Of a stretch of 64,000 nt of DNA, positions 12,414-24,204 are shown in pieces. Source of the stretch: an uncultured Verrucomicrobiae bacterium. GTDB taxonomy: Bacteria; Verrucomicrobiota; Verrucomicrobiia; Limisphaerales; Palsa-1400. The notes beneath the pieces are model-generated. The model did no database searches, had not been told where the DNA came from, and saw only the letters and a list, made by a program, of their open reading frames with translations. Position 1 is the first letter of the stretch. Every line of letters starts with the position of its first letter. The stretch lies in assembly GCA_963764165.1 (NCBI GenBank), contig CAVXRD010000002.1, positions 480,001-544,000 on the forward strand, written 5' to 3'. Both the position numbers and the translations under genes were made by a program.

Positions 12414-14844
12414 ATTGGGCTCCTTTGATTGGTTTCAGTTTGGGGGTGCGTTTATTATCCGCCAGCGGTTTTCCGTTGCGCGATTCGTTGTGATTCCACT
12501 TCCAATTCCGAATCTCCGGCAAGTCCTGGCCATGCTTGTCTATGTAATGCTTGTGCTCGATGAGCTTGTCTTGCATCTGCTGTTTCAAGTAGGTCCCCTT
12601 GGTGCCCAGTCCCGGCACGCGATCAACCACATCTTGCACCAAGTGGAATCGGTCCAAGTCGTTCTGAACTCTCATGTCGAAGGCCGTCGTGATCGTTCCT
12701 TCCTCTTTGTAGCCCCTAACGTGGATGTTCCGATTAGTTCGGCGGTAGGTCAGCCGGTGGACTAGCCAAGGGTATCCATGGAATCCAAATATGATGTGTT
12801 TGTCTTTGGTGAAGAGGGAATCGTAATCCGTTTCGCTCAGGCCATGAGGGTGCTCGCTTTGCGGCTGCAACTTCATCAAGTCAACGACATTGACCACTCG
12901 GATTTTCAGGTCAGGCAGATGCTGACGAAGAATGGAAACAGCCGCGAGAATCTCCAGCGTCGGCGTGTCGCCGCAGCAGGCCATCACGACGTCCGGTTCG
13001 TCTCCTTGATCGTTGCTGGCCCACTGCCAGATGCCAATACCTTCGGTGCAATGCATGACAGCGGCGTCCATGTCCAGCCATTGGGGGAGAGCGTGCTTTC
13101 CGGCTACGACGACATTGACATAATGGCGGCTCCGCAAGCAGTGATCAAATACTGAAAGCAGGCAATTTGCATCCGGCGGTAGATAGACGCGAACGATGTC
13201 GGCTTTTTTATTGATAACATGGTCCAGGAAACCAGGGTCTTGGTGTGTGAAGCCGTTGTGATCCTGCTGCCAGACGTGCGATGCGAGGAGATAATTGAGC
13301 GACGCAATTTTTCGACGCCAAGGCAATTCCGACGTCACCTTCAACCATTTGGCGTGCTGGCTGAACATGGAGTCAACAATCCGAATGAAAGCCTCATAAC
13401 TGTTAAACAGCCCGTGGCGACCCGTCAGCAAATAGCCTTCCAACCAACCCTCGCATTGGTGCTCGCTGAGCATGGAATCCAGCACTCTCCCGGCAGGCGC
13501 AAGATACTCATCATTTTTTACTTCTCTTGCGTCCCATTGACGGTTTGTGACTTCAAAAACCGCGCCTAAAAGATTTGACAGTGTCTCATCGGGACCGAAG
13601 ACGCGGAAATTATCATGATTGAGCTTGGCCACGTCGCGCAGGAATTTACCCAGAACGAGCGTGTCCTGGCCGTCAACGGCCCCGGGCGAAGGCACATCCA
13701 ACGCGTGGATGTGGAAGTCTGGCATGCGCAGGTCGTGCAATAACATGCCACCGTTGGCGTGCGGATTGGCACCCATCCGCCGGTCTCCCTTGGGCGCGAG
13801 TTCCGCTAACTCCGGTCTGAGGCGGCCATTTTCATCGAACAATTCCTCGGCCTTGTAGCTCTTCATCCAACTTTCAAGTTGGGCAACATGTTGCGGATGC
13901 TCGGAATCCACCAACAGCGGCACTTGGTGAGCCCGGAAAGTTCCTTCGACTTGCAGCCCATCAACTGTTTTCGGTCCGGTCCACCCCTTGGGAGACCTGA
14001 GAACAATCATCGGCCAGCGCGGCCGCATGGTGTCCTTATTGTCCCTGGCATTCTTTTGGATTTGTCGGATGTCCTCAATAGCCTTGTCCAACGTGGCAGC
14101 CATGAGTTCGTGCATCTTTTCAGGCTCATTCCCTTCGACAAAATACGGCGTCCAGCCGCACCCACGAAAGAATTGCTCCAATTCTTCGTGTTCGATGCGG
14201 GCCAGCACCGTCGGATTGCTGATCTTGTAACCATTGAGATGCAGGATCGGCAGAACGGCTCCGTCGGTAATTGGATCGAGCAGTTTATTGGACTGCCAGG
14301 CGGTCGCTAGGGGTCCTGTTTCGGCCTCGCCGTCGCCAACAATACACGCGACGATCAGGCTGGGATTATCGAACGCCGCTCCAAAAGCGTGACTGAGCGA
14401 ATAGCCCAGTTCGCCGCCTTCGTGAATCGAACCTGGCGTCGTCGGAGCGACGTGGCTGGAAATTCCACCCGGAAACGAGAATTGCTTGAACAGTTTCTGC
14501 AGCCCGGCTTCATCCTGGGTTATATCTGGGTAAACTTCACTCCAAGTGCCTTCGAGATAGACATTGCCCACAATCGCCGGGCCGCCGTGACCTGGTCCAG
14601 CGACATAAAACATATCCAGATCATATTTCTTGATGACTCTGTTCAGATGCACGTAGATGAAGTTCTGCCCCGGCGTCGTGCCCCAATGCCCGACCACTAA
14701 AGGTTTCACGTCGGATAATTTCAGCGGGCGTTTCAGCAGCGGATTATCGTAGAGATAAATCTGGCCGACCGACAGATAGTTCGCCGCACGCCAATAGGCG
14801 TCGGTTTTCTGGAGCAGGTCCGAGGAAAGAGTTTTAGTGTTCAT
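12397..14844 (-). CDS. xfp: Phosphoketolase
   Basis: [36 protein letters not shown]. Confidence 0.96.
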   Translation of the reverse strand: MNTKTLSSDLLQKTDAYWRAANYLSVGQIYLYDNPLLKRPLKLSDVKPLVVGHWGTTPGQNFIYVHLNRVIKKYDLDMFYVAGPGHGGPAIVGNVYLEGTWSEVYPDITQDEAGLQKLFKQFSFPGGISSHVAPTTPGSIHEGGELGYSLSHAFGAAFDNPSLIVACIVGDGEAETGPLATAWQSNKLLDPITDGAVLPILHLNGYKISNPTVLARIEHEELEQFFRGCGWTPYFVEGNEPEKMHELMAATLDKAIEDIRQIQKNARDNKDTMRPRWPMIVLRSPKGWTGPKTVDGLQVEGTFRAHQVPLLVDSEHPQHVAQLESWMKSYKAEELFDENGRLRPELAELAPKGDRRMGANPHANGGMLLHDLRMPDFHIHALDVPSPGAVDGQDTLVLGKFLRDVAKLNHDNFRVFGPDETLSNLLGAVFEVTNRQWDAREVKNDEYLAPAGRVLDSMLSEHQCEGWLEGYLLTGRHGLFNSYEAFIRIVDSMFSQHAKWLKVTSELPWRRKIASLNYLLASHVWQQDHNGFTHQDPGFLDHVINKKADIVRVYLPPDANCLLSVFDHCLRSRHYVNVVVAGKHALPQWLDMDAAVMHCTEGIGIWQWASNDQGDEPDVVMACCGDTPTLEILAAVSILRQHLPDLKIRVVNVVDLMKLQPQSEHPHGLSETDYDSLFTKDKHIIFGFHGYPWLVHRLTYRRTNRNIHVRGYKEEGTITTAFDMRVQNDLDRFHLVQDVVDRVPGLGTKGTYLKQQMQDKLIEHKHYIDKHGQDLPEIRNWKWNHNESRNGKPLADNKRTPKLKPIKGAQYAHST

Positions 14845-14858
14845 ATTTTATTATTTAA

Positions 14859-17042
14859 TTACAGTTTTATATTTTTCAGACGGAGCGCGTTGGTGATGAC
14901 GGAGACGGAACTCAAGCTCATCGCCGCCCCTGCGATGATGGGACTAAGAAGCCAGCCGAAAATTGGATAGAACAAACCGGCCGCGAGCGGAATTCCCAGC
15001 GCATTGTAAGCGAACGCGAAGAAAAGGTTTTGCCGAATGTTTCGCATCATGGAACGACTCAAGGTTATTGCCTTGGCGATACCGAGCAGATCACCTTTCA
15101 CGAGCGTAATTCCCGCGCTTTCCATCGCCACGTCCGTGCCGGTGCCCATGGCAATGCCGACGTTTGCCGCGGCGAGCGCGGGCGCGTCATTGATGCCATC
15201 ACCAGCCATCGCCACAATTTTGCCTTGCCGCCGCAATTGTTGGATTCGCTCGTGCTTGTCCTTCGGTTCAACACCCGCTGCCACTTCATCAAGTCCCAGT
15301 GTTTTGGCAACGGCGTTCGCTGTGCGCTCGTTGTCGCCGGTGAGCATGATGATTTTCAAGCCAAGCTTGTGCAGTTGCGTGATGGCTTCCGGCGTTGAGG
15401 CCTTGATGGGATCGGATACCGTGATAATTCCGGCTGCCTTACCATTGATGGCGACAAACATGGCCGTCTGTCCCTCCGCCTGTAGAGCGGATGCCTTGGG
15501 TACAATGCCCTCCAAATCCACGACATTGCGTTCGTGAAGAAATTCCAGTTTGCCGACAGCGATCTCGCGCCCGCTGATTTTTCCAACGACTCCGCCGCCC
15601 GTGATGGAATTGAAATCCGCGACCGATTGCAATGGGAGATTACGTTCCTTCGCACCGCGAACAATCGCGGCGGCGAGGGGGTGTTCGCTGTATTGTTCAA
15701 CCGACGCGGCCATGAGCAACAAATCATCCTCGGTTATGCCATTGACCGGAAGAATCTGCGTGAGGCGCGGTTTCCCTTCGGTAAGTGTGCCGGTTTTGTC
15801 CACGACGACGGTGGTGACTTTCTCCATGACTTCCATGGCTTCGGCATTGCGAATAAGCACGCCCGCCCGCGCACCGCGACCAATCCCGACCATGACGGAC
15901 ATCGGCGTGGCGAGTCCGAGCGCACATGGACACGCAATGATCAGCACTGCAACCGCATTTACAATTGCATGAGCGAAGCGCGGTTCTGGACCGAGCAAGG
16001 TCCAGATTACGAAGGTTAATACCGCACAGGCCAGCACCGCCGGAACAAACCAGCCAGAAACTTTATCGGCTAATGCCTGGATCGGCGCGCGGCTGCGTTG
16101 AGCATCGTCAACCATCTTGACGATGCGCGCCAGCACGGTCTCGCTGCCGACGTGTTCAGCTTGCATGAGAAAGCTTCCGGTGGTGTTGAGCGTGCCGCCA
16201 GTTAGCTTGTCACCGGCGTTTTTCTCCACGGGAATCGGCTCGCCGGAAATCATGGACTCATCCACCGAGGTTTTGCCGTCGAGCAAGATGCCATCCACCG
16301 GAATCGTTTCGCCGGGACGGACCCGCAGTTTCGCTCCGGCTTGAACCGATTCGAGTGGAACGTCGCGTTCTTCGTTGGCTTGAACTATACGCGCGGTTTT
16401 GGGCGCGAGATTGAGCAAGGCACGGATGGCACTGCCGGTTTTGCTCCGTGCCCGTAATTCAAGCACTTGGCCGAGCAGCACCAGCACGACAACCACCGCT
16501 GCCGCCTCGAAATAAATTCCCACCTTGCCATCAGGTGCGAATGAAATCGGAAATGCGCCCGACACAACCATCACCACTGCGCTAAACAGATAGGCCGTGC
16601 CCACGCCAATGGCGATGAGCGTGAACATATTCAAGTGGCGCGTGACGATTGAATGCCAGCCGCGCTTGAAGAAAGGCCAACCCGCCCACAGCACGACAGG
16701 TGTTGAAAGAACAAACTGAATCCAGCGCGAAGTGTCACTCATCACCCAGCTTTGGTGACGCACCGCAGGAACGATGTGCGCCATTGCTAATACGAAGACC
16801 GGGAGTGCGAGCGTTCCGCCGATCCAAAACCGGCGAGTCATGTCCGTGAGTTCGGGATTTTCTTCCTGAACGGCTGATAAGGTTTGAGGCTCCAACGTCA
16901 TGCCGCATATCGGACAGTTACCCAGATGGTCCTGTTGGATTTGAGGATGCATCGGGCAGGTGTAAATCGTTTTGACCGATGCAGGGAAGACTGGCGCTGG
17001 TCCTCGCGTAACAAAGGTGGCAGGAATGGAATCAATCGTCAT
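14859..17042 (-). CDS. copA: Cu(I)-translocating P1B-type ATPase
   Basis: [30 protein letters not shown] and MxxSS motifs. Confidence 0.92.
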   Translation of the reverse strand: MTIDSIPATFVTRGPAPVFPASVKTIYTCPMHPQIQQDHLGNCPICGMTLEPQTLSAVQEENPELTDMTRRFWIGGTLALPVFVLAMAHIVPAVRHQSWVMSDTSRWIQFVLSTPVVLWAGWPFFKRGWHSIVTRHLNMFTLIAIGVGTAYLFSAVVMVVSGAFPISFAPDGKVGIYFEAAAVVVVLVLLGQVLELRARSKTGSAIRALLNLAPKTARIVQANEERDVPLESVQAGAKLRVRPGETIPVDGILLDGKTSVDESMISGEPIPVEKNAGDKLTGGTLNTTGSFLMQAEHVGSETVLARIVKMVDDAQRSRAPIQALADKVSGWFVPAVLACAVLTFVIWTLLGPEPRFAHAIVNAVAVLIIACPCALGLATPMSVMVGIGRGARAGVLIRNAEAMEVMEKVTTVVVDKTGTLTEGKPRLTQILPVNGITEDDLLLMAASVEQYSEHPLAAAIVRGAKERNLPLQSVADFNSITGGGVVGKISGREIAVGKLEFLHERNVVDLEGIVPKASALQAEGQTAMFVAINGKAAGIITVSDPIKASTPEAITQLHKLGLKIIMLTGDNERTANAVAKTLGLDEVAAGVEPKDKHERIQQLRRQGKIVAMAGDGINDAPALAAANVGIAMGTGTDVAMESAGITLVKGDLLGIAKAITLSRSMMRNIRQNLFFAFAYNALGIPLAAGLFYPIFGWLLSPIIAGAAMSLSSVSVITNALRLKNIKL

Positions 17043-17181
17043 ATCGTTTCCTTTGGATTAGGCCGATGCGATCAACCGTTCCGTGCAGTCCGCGCTTAAG
17101 CGGTTTGACCGTCTCATGCAGCGCAAACTTGATGCTCGAAGAGCCGCCATTGATAGTCAGGATTGATGGTTTTTCGCTCAT
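17032..17181 (-). pseudogene. ackA: Truncated acetate kinase, N-terminal ~40 aa only
   Basis: ILTINGGSSSIKFAL...G.VDRIG, the AckA N-terminal motif, then stop. Confidence 0.8.
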
Positions 17182-17804
17182 CCTGCGACCTCCAATCCGT
17201 ACGCAGCAAGTTTCGTGCAAGTGGATTTGTAATCAGTATGGAGGATGCCCCGAATCCCAAAACCTTCCGCGACTTGGACGAACAGCGGGGTGTTTTCGAT
17301 ATAGACAATCCGCCGGGCGGGCCTTTGGGCAATGTCAAGCGCCAGTTTGAAAATATCCTCGTCCGGTTTTCGGAGACAAACGAAGCAGGAGGAAATAAAA
17401 GCATCTACAAATCCGTCCAGCTTGAATTGTTGAATCCGGTAGGCATTCAATTCGCGGGATTCGTTGCTGACAACGATAATCTTCAACCCATATTTGGCCT
17501 TCAATTTGCGAACCAGTGCAATCATTTCGGCGAAAGGCTTCGACTGCGCGAACATGAAGCGTCGAAACTCGTCCCGTGTGAAAGCACGCTTTTGATAAAA
17601 AACAACCCGGTCTAAATATTCTTTGAAAGTAGTTTTATCCTCCTCATGAGTTTCAAAGTTTAACTCATGGCGCTCCTGCATTTCGGACGAATTCAGCTTG
17701 AAGTGCTTCGCCGCCCGTCGTCGCGCTTGATGATCCCAACCGTTGGTGAGCAGTACACCACCAATGTCCACAAACAAGGCCGAGATGGGGGCTCCACTTT
17801 TCAT
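17178..17804 (-). CDS. HAD-IA family phosphatase
   Basis: FVDIGGVLLTNGWD, VSN, RKPD. Confidence 0.85.
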   Translation of the reverse strand: MKSGAPISALFVDIGGVLLTNGWDHQARRRAAKHFKLNSSEMQERHELNFETHEEDKTTFKEYLDRVVFYQKRAFTRDEFRRFMFAQSKPFAEMIALVRKLKAKYGLKIIVVSNESRELNAYRIQQFKLDGFVDAFISSCFVCLRKPDEDIFKLALDIAQRPARRIVYIENTPLFVQVAEGFGIRGILHTDYKSTCTKLAAYGLEVAG

Positions 17805-18001
17805 GAGGCTGGGAGGGGTGAAGCCTGGACAATCGACCTCGTCATAGCCTGATACATCATGTCCTCGCTGAGGAATGGTGCGCCAACGAGTTCGTAACCA
17901 GCGCGTAATTGTTCGTTCACTTTTCGTGCCAGCTCGTCATGGGTCGCGGCATCGGCGTGAAACGGTACCGCGACGATGATGTATTCGATTGGAGCTTTCA
18001 T
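17801..18001 (-). CDS. Small DUF1737-like protein
   Basis: KVNEQLRAGYELVGAP...YQAM; stop overlaps the next start. Confidence 0.6.
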   Translation of the reverse strand: MKAPIEYIIVAVPFHADAATHDELARKVNEQLRAGYELVGAPFLSEDMMYQAMTRSIVQASPLPAS

Positions 18002-18088
18002 GCCGGGTTAAGTCGAGAGTTCTTTCTCTTGGCGATTTCCTACTTTTGTTGTGATTGCTGGGTTATCATAAAATGGGCTGCGGAAAGG

Positions 18089-20659
18089 TCATCGCTGCCA
18101 CAGGATTCGTGAGTTTTCCAGAGGGATTGCAACCCCTTCGCAAAAAGGTATCGCGCGTGCAGTATATACGCCTGCTGGTCGGACCGCAGAAACGGTCGCG
18201 CTGTAAACGTAACCACCGGATTTGCCATTGATTTGGCAAATGCTCTTCATTTCCTGTCGGACTGGATTGCCCCCGTTAACGCCGTCAGCGTAAAGTTCGA
18301 CTCGCACCGCCTTGGGGTTTAGGTCATTGAGATAAAGTTGAATTTCGAAGAAATGTTGATTGTCCTTAGTCTGCACCTTCACTTCGCCGAAATGGAGACC
18401 GGCCCATTTCTGTTCCAGACTATGCCGCCAATCAACCATTTGCCTGCCGACCGCGCCTTTGCTGCCAATTCGTGCCTGGCAAGCTATCGACGCCGGGAGA
18501 TAATGCTTTTCGGTATATTCGCAGACGGCGCGGTTGGCGGAGAAGCGCGGCGTCAACCGCGCCATGCTTTCCCTCATTCGCCCCACCCAGGCCGTAGGAA
18601 TGCCTTTTTCGTCGCGGGAATAAAATTCGGGGATCACCTCGCGTTCAAGCCGTTCGTAAAGCGCCTCGGCTTCAGCCGCGTCCCACGACGGATCGCCGCC
18701 ATGTTCCCGACAGTCGCCCAGTGCCCAGCCCAACTCCGGCAGATACGCTTCCGCCCACCAGCCGTCCAATTCCGAAAGATTTATGCCGCCGTTGACCAGC
18801 ACTTTCATTCCACTCGTGCCGCACGCCTCCCAAGGTCGCTGTGGCGTGTTGAGCCAGACATCCACCCCTTGCACCAAGCGTTCGGTCAAGTGCATGTCGA
18901 AGTCGCTCAAGAAAATTGCGTGAGGCCGGACATCGGGTCGGCGAATGAATTGAATCCATTTCTGAATCAACACCTGTCCCGCTTGATCCGCAGGATGAGC
19001 TTTGCCCGCAATGATGAGTTGCACCGGGCGCTGGGGATTTGATAACAGGCGAAGCAGTCGCTCCGGGTCTTGCAGCAGCAGATTTGGTCTTTTGTAGGTC
19101 GCAAAGCGCCTGGCAAAACCCAATGTCAGCGCATTGGGGTCAAACAGATGTTTCGCCTCTTCAATCGCCTCGGACGACGCTCCGGCGGCGGCAAAGTGCT
19201 GGGCCAGCCGTTCGCGAGCGTATTCAACTAGGGAGTTGCTGGTGGCGAGGCGAAATTTCCAAAGGGTGTCGTCAGAGACACCGCGAATGTCCTGCTCCAA
19301 CTTTTCCGAGTTTCCCAGCCAGCGGTCTTTGCCACAAGCTTTCGTCCAAAGTTCGTCGGCTGCCGCCGAATCCCAAGTCGGCATGTGAACCCCGTTGGTC
19401 ACATAGCCGATGGGCACTTCGTCTGCCGGCCAGTTTGGAAAAAGCGGTTCGAAAAGATGGCGGCTGACTTTTCCATGCAGACGGCTCACGCCATTCACCG
19501 ACCCGCTGCCACGGATTGCCAGATAAGCCATGTTGAAACTTTCCGACGCGTCGTTTGGATTCTGGCGGCCCAAGGCCAGCAAATCGTAAAGGGAAATTCC
19601 GAGTTTCTTCTCTGCATAACCGCCGAGATATTGCTCGATGAGCGCCGGAGTGAAACGATCAAAGCCCGCAGCTACCGCCGTGTGGGTTGTGAAAAGATTT
19701 CCCGCGCGCGTGGCGGACAGTGCCACTGCAAAAGGCACCGCGTTCTCCTGCATGAAACCGCGAGCGCGCTCCAACACGGCAAAGGCCGCATGACCTTCGT
19801 TCAGATGACAGACATCCGGTTTGATGCGGAGGGCCGCGAGCAACCGCCAGCCGCCGATGCCCAGCAGCATTTCTTGTTTGAGGCGCAACTCCGGTCCGCC
19901 GCCGTATAACTCGCTGGTGATGCCGCGATGCGCGGGGAAGTTGGCCGCGTCATTGCTGTCCAACAGGTAAAGTTTCACCCGCCCCACTTGCACTTGCCAC
20001 GCGCGCAGCCAGACCGAGTAGCCCGGCAGGACGATTTCCAATCGCAACCACTCGCCATCTGGCTGGCGTAACGGTGTGATCGGCAACTGTCCGGGATCGT
20101 TATACGGGTAAAGAGCCTGTTGCGCTCCGTCCTTGTCGATCACCTGACGAAAATAGCCTTGCTGGTAAAGCAGTCCCAAGCCGACCACCGGCACGCCCAG
20201 GTCGCTGGCGGCTTTGAGTTGATCGCCGGCCACATTGCCGAGACCGCCGGAGTAAATGGGGAGCGCCTCACTCAACATATACTCCATGCTGAAATACGCG
20301 ACGCACTTCAATGGCGACTCCGGGTACTTCTGTTGAAACCACGCAGGCGTCTCCGCCGCCTGACGCTTGGCATGCAGCAGGTCATCCATGTTTTTGCGAA
20401 AAGTTGAATCGGCCAGCGCGCTTTTGAGTTTGTCCTTGGAGACAGTTTGCAAAACCACCCAGGGGTTTTGCGTGAGTTTCCACAGCGCCGGATCGAGTTG
20501 CCACCACACTTCGTCGGTGGTGTGGTTCCATGACCAGCGCAAATCCAGCGCCAGCTCTGCCAGGGAATCGAAGCCCTCGATTTCCGTTGGCAAAGAATCA
20601 TAGTTCGGGTGTCTGGCCGATGCTTGTTTGTTTGTCATCAAAGTGTTTTTCGTGTTCAC
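18089..20659 (-). CDS. glgP: Alpha-glucan (glycogen) phosphorylase
   Basis: YSGGLG, HLNEGH, TNGVH, ARRFATYKR, EACGTSGMK. Confidence 0.96.
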   Translation of the reverse strand: MNTKNTLMTNKQASARHPNYDSLPTEIEGFDSLAELALDLRWSWNHTTDEVWWQLDPALWKLTQNPWVVLQTVSKDKLKSALADSTFRKNMDDLLHAKRQAAETPAWFQQKYPESPLKCVAYFSMEYMLSEALPIYSGGLGNVAGDQLKAASDLGVPVVGLGLLYQQGYFRQVIDKDGAQQALYPYNDPGQLPITPLRQPDGEWLRLEIVLPGYSVWLRAWQVQVGRVKLYLLDSNDAANFPAHRGITSELYGGGPELRLKQEMLLGIGGWRLLAALRIKPDVCHLNEGHAAFAVLERARGFMQENAVPFAVALSATRAGNLFTTHTAVAAGFDRFTPALIEQYLGGYAEKKLGISLYDLLALGRQNPNDASESFNMAYLAIRGSGSVNGVSRLHGKVSRHLFEPLFPNWPADEVPIGYVTNGVHMPTWDSAAADELWTKACGKDRWLGNSEKLEQDIRGVSDDTLWKFRLATSNSLVEYARERLAQHFAAAGASSEAIEEAKHLFDPNALTLGFARRFATYKRPNLLLQDPERLLRLLSNPQRPVQLIIAGKAHPADQAGQVLIQKWIQFIRRPDVRPHAIFLSDFDMHLTERLVQGVDVWLNTPQRPWEACGTSGMKVLVNGGINLSELDGWWAEAYLPELGWALGDCREHGGDPSWDAAEAEALYERLEREVIPEFYSRDEKGIPTAWVGRMRESMARLTPRFSANRAVCEYTEKHYLPASIACQARIGSKGAVGRQMVDWRHSLEQKWAGLHFGEVKVQTKDNQHFFEIQLYLNDLNPKAVRVELYADGVNGGNPVRQEMKSICQINGKSGGYVYSATVSAVRPAGVYTARAIPFCEGVAIPLENSRILWQR

Positions 20660-21150
20660 GGCTTGTTTTCCAAATCCACCACTTTCGCCAAGCGGCGACG
20701 AAAACGCGCCGCGCCGGTAAATCGGGCCGCAAGAAATGTCTGCGCCAATTCCAAGGCTAATGCGTGACCAACCACAAGGCCGCCGAAGCAGATTAGGTTC
20801 AAATCGTCGTCTTCGACGCCTTGATGAGCCGAAAAATTTTCATGAATCAAACAAGCCCGCACTCCCGGCACTTTGTTCGCGCAAACGGATGCCCCAACAC
20901 CGCTGCCACAAATGCCCACACCGCGACCCACCGTCCCGGCGGCAACCGCCCGGGCCAGCGGCGTGATAAAATCCGGATAGTCATCGTGCTCTTTCGGCCT
21001 ACCGTCCCCGAAGTCAATTACTTCATGTCCGGATTCGCGCAATTTCCCGGCCAGATACTGCTTTAATTCATAACCGCCGTGGTCTGCGGCCATCCCGACG
21101 CGAAGGCGCGTTCCCTCCGGTTCTTTCGTCGGCGCGCTTGGCGCGCTCAC
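20656..21150 (-). CDS. rpiB: RpiB/LacA/LacB sugar-phosphate isomerase
   Basis: ADHGG, DDYPD, CGSGVG, ANKVPGVRA. Confidence 0.9.
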   Translation of the reverse strand: MSAPSAPTKEPEGTRLRVGMAADHGGYELKQYLAGKLRESGHEVIDFGDGRPKEHDDYPDFITPLARAVAAGTVGRGVGICGSGVGASVCANKVPGVRACLIHENFSAHQGVEDDDLNLICFGGLVVGHALALELAQTFLAARFTGAARFRRRLAKVVDLENKP

Positions 21151-22127
21151 TGCGGAAGCTCCGGCCCTACGCGGTTTGAGACTTCCTTGGCACGATTCGT
21201 GTCATCAATTTGCTTTTTGATTTCGCCTTCCTTGTGTCCATTGGATCGTTCCTGGCCAAGACCCATGGTCAATGCTGTCATTCCGGCTAATCCTCCGAGC
21301 TGCATGGATTCCACAGCGGTGCTGGGAACAATCACTATCGTTGAGTTTTCCTTCAACCCCTCGTATAGCATGTTCATGGCCCGCAAGTGAAAGGCGATTG
21401 GATTGTGCTCGTAGCTTTTGCCGGCTTCGGCGAACTTCTCCGCGATCTGGCGTTCGGCGTCACCCAGGATTACACGAGCTTGCCGCTCTCGTTCCGCCTG
21501 CGCCTGCATGGACATCGCGTCCTCCAGTCCTGCGGGAATCAAAACATCCTTCACTTCCACCGAAATGACATTGATGCCCCAAGGTTCAGTCCGCTCATCA
21601 ATGATCTTTTGCAAGACGCTGCTGATTTTGTCCCGTCCCTCCAGCATGTCTGAAAGCATGGTTTTGCCGATCACATCGCGCAGAGCCGTTTGAGACGCCC
21701 AACTGATGGCGCTTTGATAGTCGGCTACGTCCAAAGCCGCCTTCTTCGGGTCCACCACTTTCCAAAACAGCACGGCATCCACATCCACTGGCACGGTGTC
21801 TTTGGTCAGAGTTTTTTCCGCTTTGAAACCGGTCGTGATAACGCGGGTATCAATCCAATACGGAATTGCATCAAGGACAGGCAGAATGAAAAACAGCCCA
21901 GGCCCTCGCAGAGCGTGGAAGTGGCCCAAGCGCAATATCACCGCCCTGTCCCATTGATCCGCGACCTGAATTGCCGAAGCGACGACCAACGCCACAATAA
22001 AACCAACAACCCCAATCCCGGCGGCTTCCACGATGTTGCCGACTCTATATCTGGCGTAGGCCAACGCAGCCCCCACCCCCAGGATCACGACAAATGTCAA
22101 AATTGCGAACGATCTGTTTTGTTTCAT
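21147..22127 (-). CDS. SPFH/stomatin (slipin) family membrane protein
   Basis: N-terminal TMs, LTKDTVPVDVDAV, QAQAERERQAR. Confidence 0.9.
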   Translation of the reverse strand: MKQNRSFAILTFVVILGVGAALAYARYRVGNIVEAAGIGVVGFIVALVVASAIQVADQWDRAVILRLGHFHALRGPGLFFILPVLDAIPYWIDTRVITTGFKAEKTLTKDTVPVDVDAVLFWKVVDPKKAALDVADYQSAISWASQTALRDVIGKTMLSDMLEGRDKISSVLQKIIDERTEPWGINVISVEVKDVLIPAGLEDAMSMQAQAERERQARVILGDAERQIAEKFAEAGKSYEHNPIAFHLRAMNMLYEGLKENSTIVIVPSTAVESMQLGGLAGMTALTMGLGQERSNGHKEGEIKKQIDDTNRAKEVSNRVGPELPQ

Positions 22128-22525
22128 AAATCACCTTCAATCTTTTCTCTGGCGCCTTGACGCATTTGATCATGCTCCGCGCCTTCAACGCCTTCTTCCA
22201 CGAGCCTCTGGTTATCGCTGCGCCCTTCCTCATCTTCATCCTCACTGGGAGCCACCGTGACTTTGCTTCCAGTGGAGCCGGGGATTGGATCCCAGCGCTC
22301 AGATTCGGGCGCGGACTCCAGGATGGCTTCTTTGGGGTCGGCATCCGGCTTGCCTGTAAGTTCCCGTTTGGCTTGTTCCCAATCAGATTTCGACACCTCC
22401 TGCTTGGATCGTCCGTTGATAACAGACAATTCAACCGCCCGTTCGCGCACCATCTTGCGTGTCACGGTGCCGAGGCCGGCGGAATTTTCCGTCAACGTCC
22501 CTTCCTTCAATGGATTCGTTTTCAT
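22124..22525 (-). CDS. Hypothetical protein with a DUF2934-like segment and acidic C-terminus
   Basis: VRERAVEL..INGR....DWEQAKREL; stop overlaps slipin start. Confidence 0.65.
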   Translation of the reverse strand: MKTNPLKEGTLTENSAGLGTVTRKMVRERAVELSVINGRSKQEVSKSDWEQAKRELTGKPDADPKEAILESAPESERWDPIPGSTGSKVTVAPSEDEDEEGRSDNQRLVEEGVEGAEHDQMRQGAREKIEGDL

Positions 22526-22536
22526 GAAGCTAAGAA

Positions 22537-22755
22537 TTATCGCCCGTGCGGAAATGTTTGCGCATTGTGCGACGTTTTCATCTGGCGCGCGCCGCGATCC
22601 TCGCGCGTGTCGCGGGATTTGGAAAAGGTGTTATCCCGCTTCTGCTGCTTTGGCTCCAACGTCGCTAGACTGGTTTTCGGTCGGAGCCTGTGAAGCGTTT
22701 TTGGGAAAACAGATGTTTGAAGGGTTGATGCCACTTCGAGTGATGCCTTTGTCAT
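22537..22755 (-). CDS. Small basic hypothetical protein
   Basis: ATG ORF filling the gap in a co-oriented run; no motif recognised. Confidence 0.35.
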   Translation of the reverse strand: MTKASLEVASTLQTSVFPKTLHRLRPKTSLATLEPKQQKRDNTFSKSRDTREDRGARQMKTSHNAQTFPHGR

Positions 22756-22774
22756 AAATTTGTTTTTGCCTTAT

Positions 22775-23032
22775 TTACGTTTTGTTGTGGAATCCATGGA
22801 CACGAGTGAGGTTGCGTTCCGCGAGCAAGTCCGCCTCGGCTTTTAGCCAGTGCTGTACGTCGCGGCCCGGCAAAGAACCCTCGTTCACATAACTGAAGTA
22901 AGCCTTTCTGGCTACTTCGTCCGCGGATGGCACAAAATCATTTCGACCTTGCGTAAGCTCGGCTGCGGCGGTCGAACGCGTGGCCTGGGTCGTTGATTGG
23001 TCTTTCTCCCGAGAGGAATTAGTGTGTTTCAT
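22775..23032 (-). CDS. DUF2934-like protein
   Basis: EVARKAY...G...GRDVQHWLKAE. Confidence 0.75.
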   Translation of the reverse strand: MKHTNSSREKDQSTTQATRSTAAAELTQGRNDFVPSADEVARKAYFSYVNEGSLPGRDVQHWLKAEADLLAERNLTRVHGFHNKT

Positions 23033-23056
23033 AAATAGAAAATCGTCTGGACGAGC

Positions 23057-23770
23057 TCAATCTGGAGCGCCAACCAAGACCATCGAGTGCGCGGGACTCT
23101 TTTCAACACCGTTGGTGGTCAGATTTACAAATACCGTGGATTCATCGTAACTGATCCGTTCGACCTTGCCGGTCGGTATCTGCACCTCTTTGCCTGAGAA
23201 GCGGTGTCCGGTTTTGATGATTACCTGGGTAATCGCCCAGCTTTCGTCGTCCATCATAAAGTCGCAGACATGGCCCATCAGTCCGTCGCTTGCCTTGATA
23301 TGGTAACCATTGACAGCTTTCGTGCTGCGCAGATGCGCTGCGGCCTGGTTATGCAGCGGGGCTTCGGCGGAAATTGATTTTGCTGGCGCAGAGGTCGGCG
23401 GCAATTCCATCATTGGCACGCTGCTCATGCCCCATAACGCATCTCCCTGCCAGTAGTAGGGCCAGCCGTAGTATCGGTGATACTCTTCTTCGTATTCACG
23501 GGACACGGGTTTGTGCGTGTCAATCGAAGGGCTGTGCTCGATTTGTTTTCGGGTCAACTTTACCCGCAGAACCTTCTCTGCTTGATGAAGACGCCCGAAC
23601 GCATGGGGTGAAATGAGCACCGCCCGGCCCGCCAACCATGAACCGGTTTCCACGACCACATAACGAATGGCCCACTTCTGGTCATCGAAATAAAAATCCT
23701 TCACATGGCCGATCTCACCGTCTGAGGCGCCGAGCGCATTTCCTTCCAATTGTTTGATGCTTCGTAACAT
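23057..23770 (-). CDS. PRC-barrel domain protein (two barrels)
   Basis: ASDGEIGHVKDFYFDD..WAIRY repeated as ASDGLMGHVCDFMMDD..WAI. Confidence 0.88.
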   Translation of the reverse strand: MLRSIKQLEGNALGASDGEIGHVKDFYFDDQKWAIRYVVVETGSWLAGRAVLISPHAFGRLHQAEKVLRVKLTRKQIEHSPSIDTHKPVSREYEEEYHRYYGWPYYWQGDALWGMSSVPMMELPPTSAPAKSISAEAPLHNQAAAHLRSTKAVNGYHIKASDGLMGHVCDFMMDDESWAITQVIIKTGHRFSGKEVQIPTGKVERISYDESTVFVNLTTNGVEKSPAHSMVLVGAPD

Positions 23771-24204
23771 AATTTCTAAAGTTCGCTTGGCGGCGTTCAA
23801 CTACCCAGCCGGTTGCGCCATCCTTGGCTGTGTCACCTAATCGTCGGCGTCAGCCAGTTTCGTGACATTGAGGTGACGGATGTTTTAATCATCGACCACT
23901 AAGATGCGGCAGGAGGGATCGCCATCGCGTAATGATGGCCGGTTGTCCGGCTCGCGACACGACATAGTCTGTCCTCGATCCAATATACGTGGAAAGGCTT
24001 TGCCGACGCCATACGGTGTTCTTCGTATAACGTATCCCTAGAGTCGCGGTGCGTTTCTAGGATCAGAGGTATGGTGCCCAAAGCTTCTTGATTGCGTGTC
24101 AAGCCGGATTTGATGACGTGTCTGGCATGGAGTGGGGGCCAAATTTTGCCGACAGCGGCGATTCCTCGCTCGTGAGCCCGGCAGGCAACCAAGCGATGAA
24201 AGTT

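Noticed and set aside
23899..24200. Short ORFs between the PRC-barrel gene and the DUF2934 remnant
   Set aside because: No recognisable motif or good start; probably decayed sequence.
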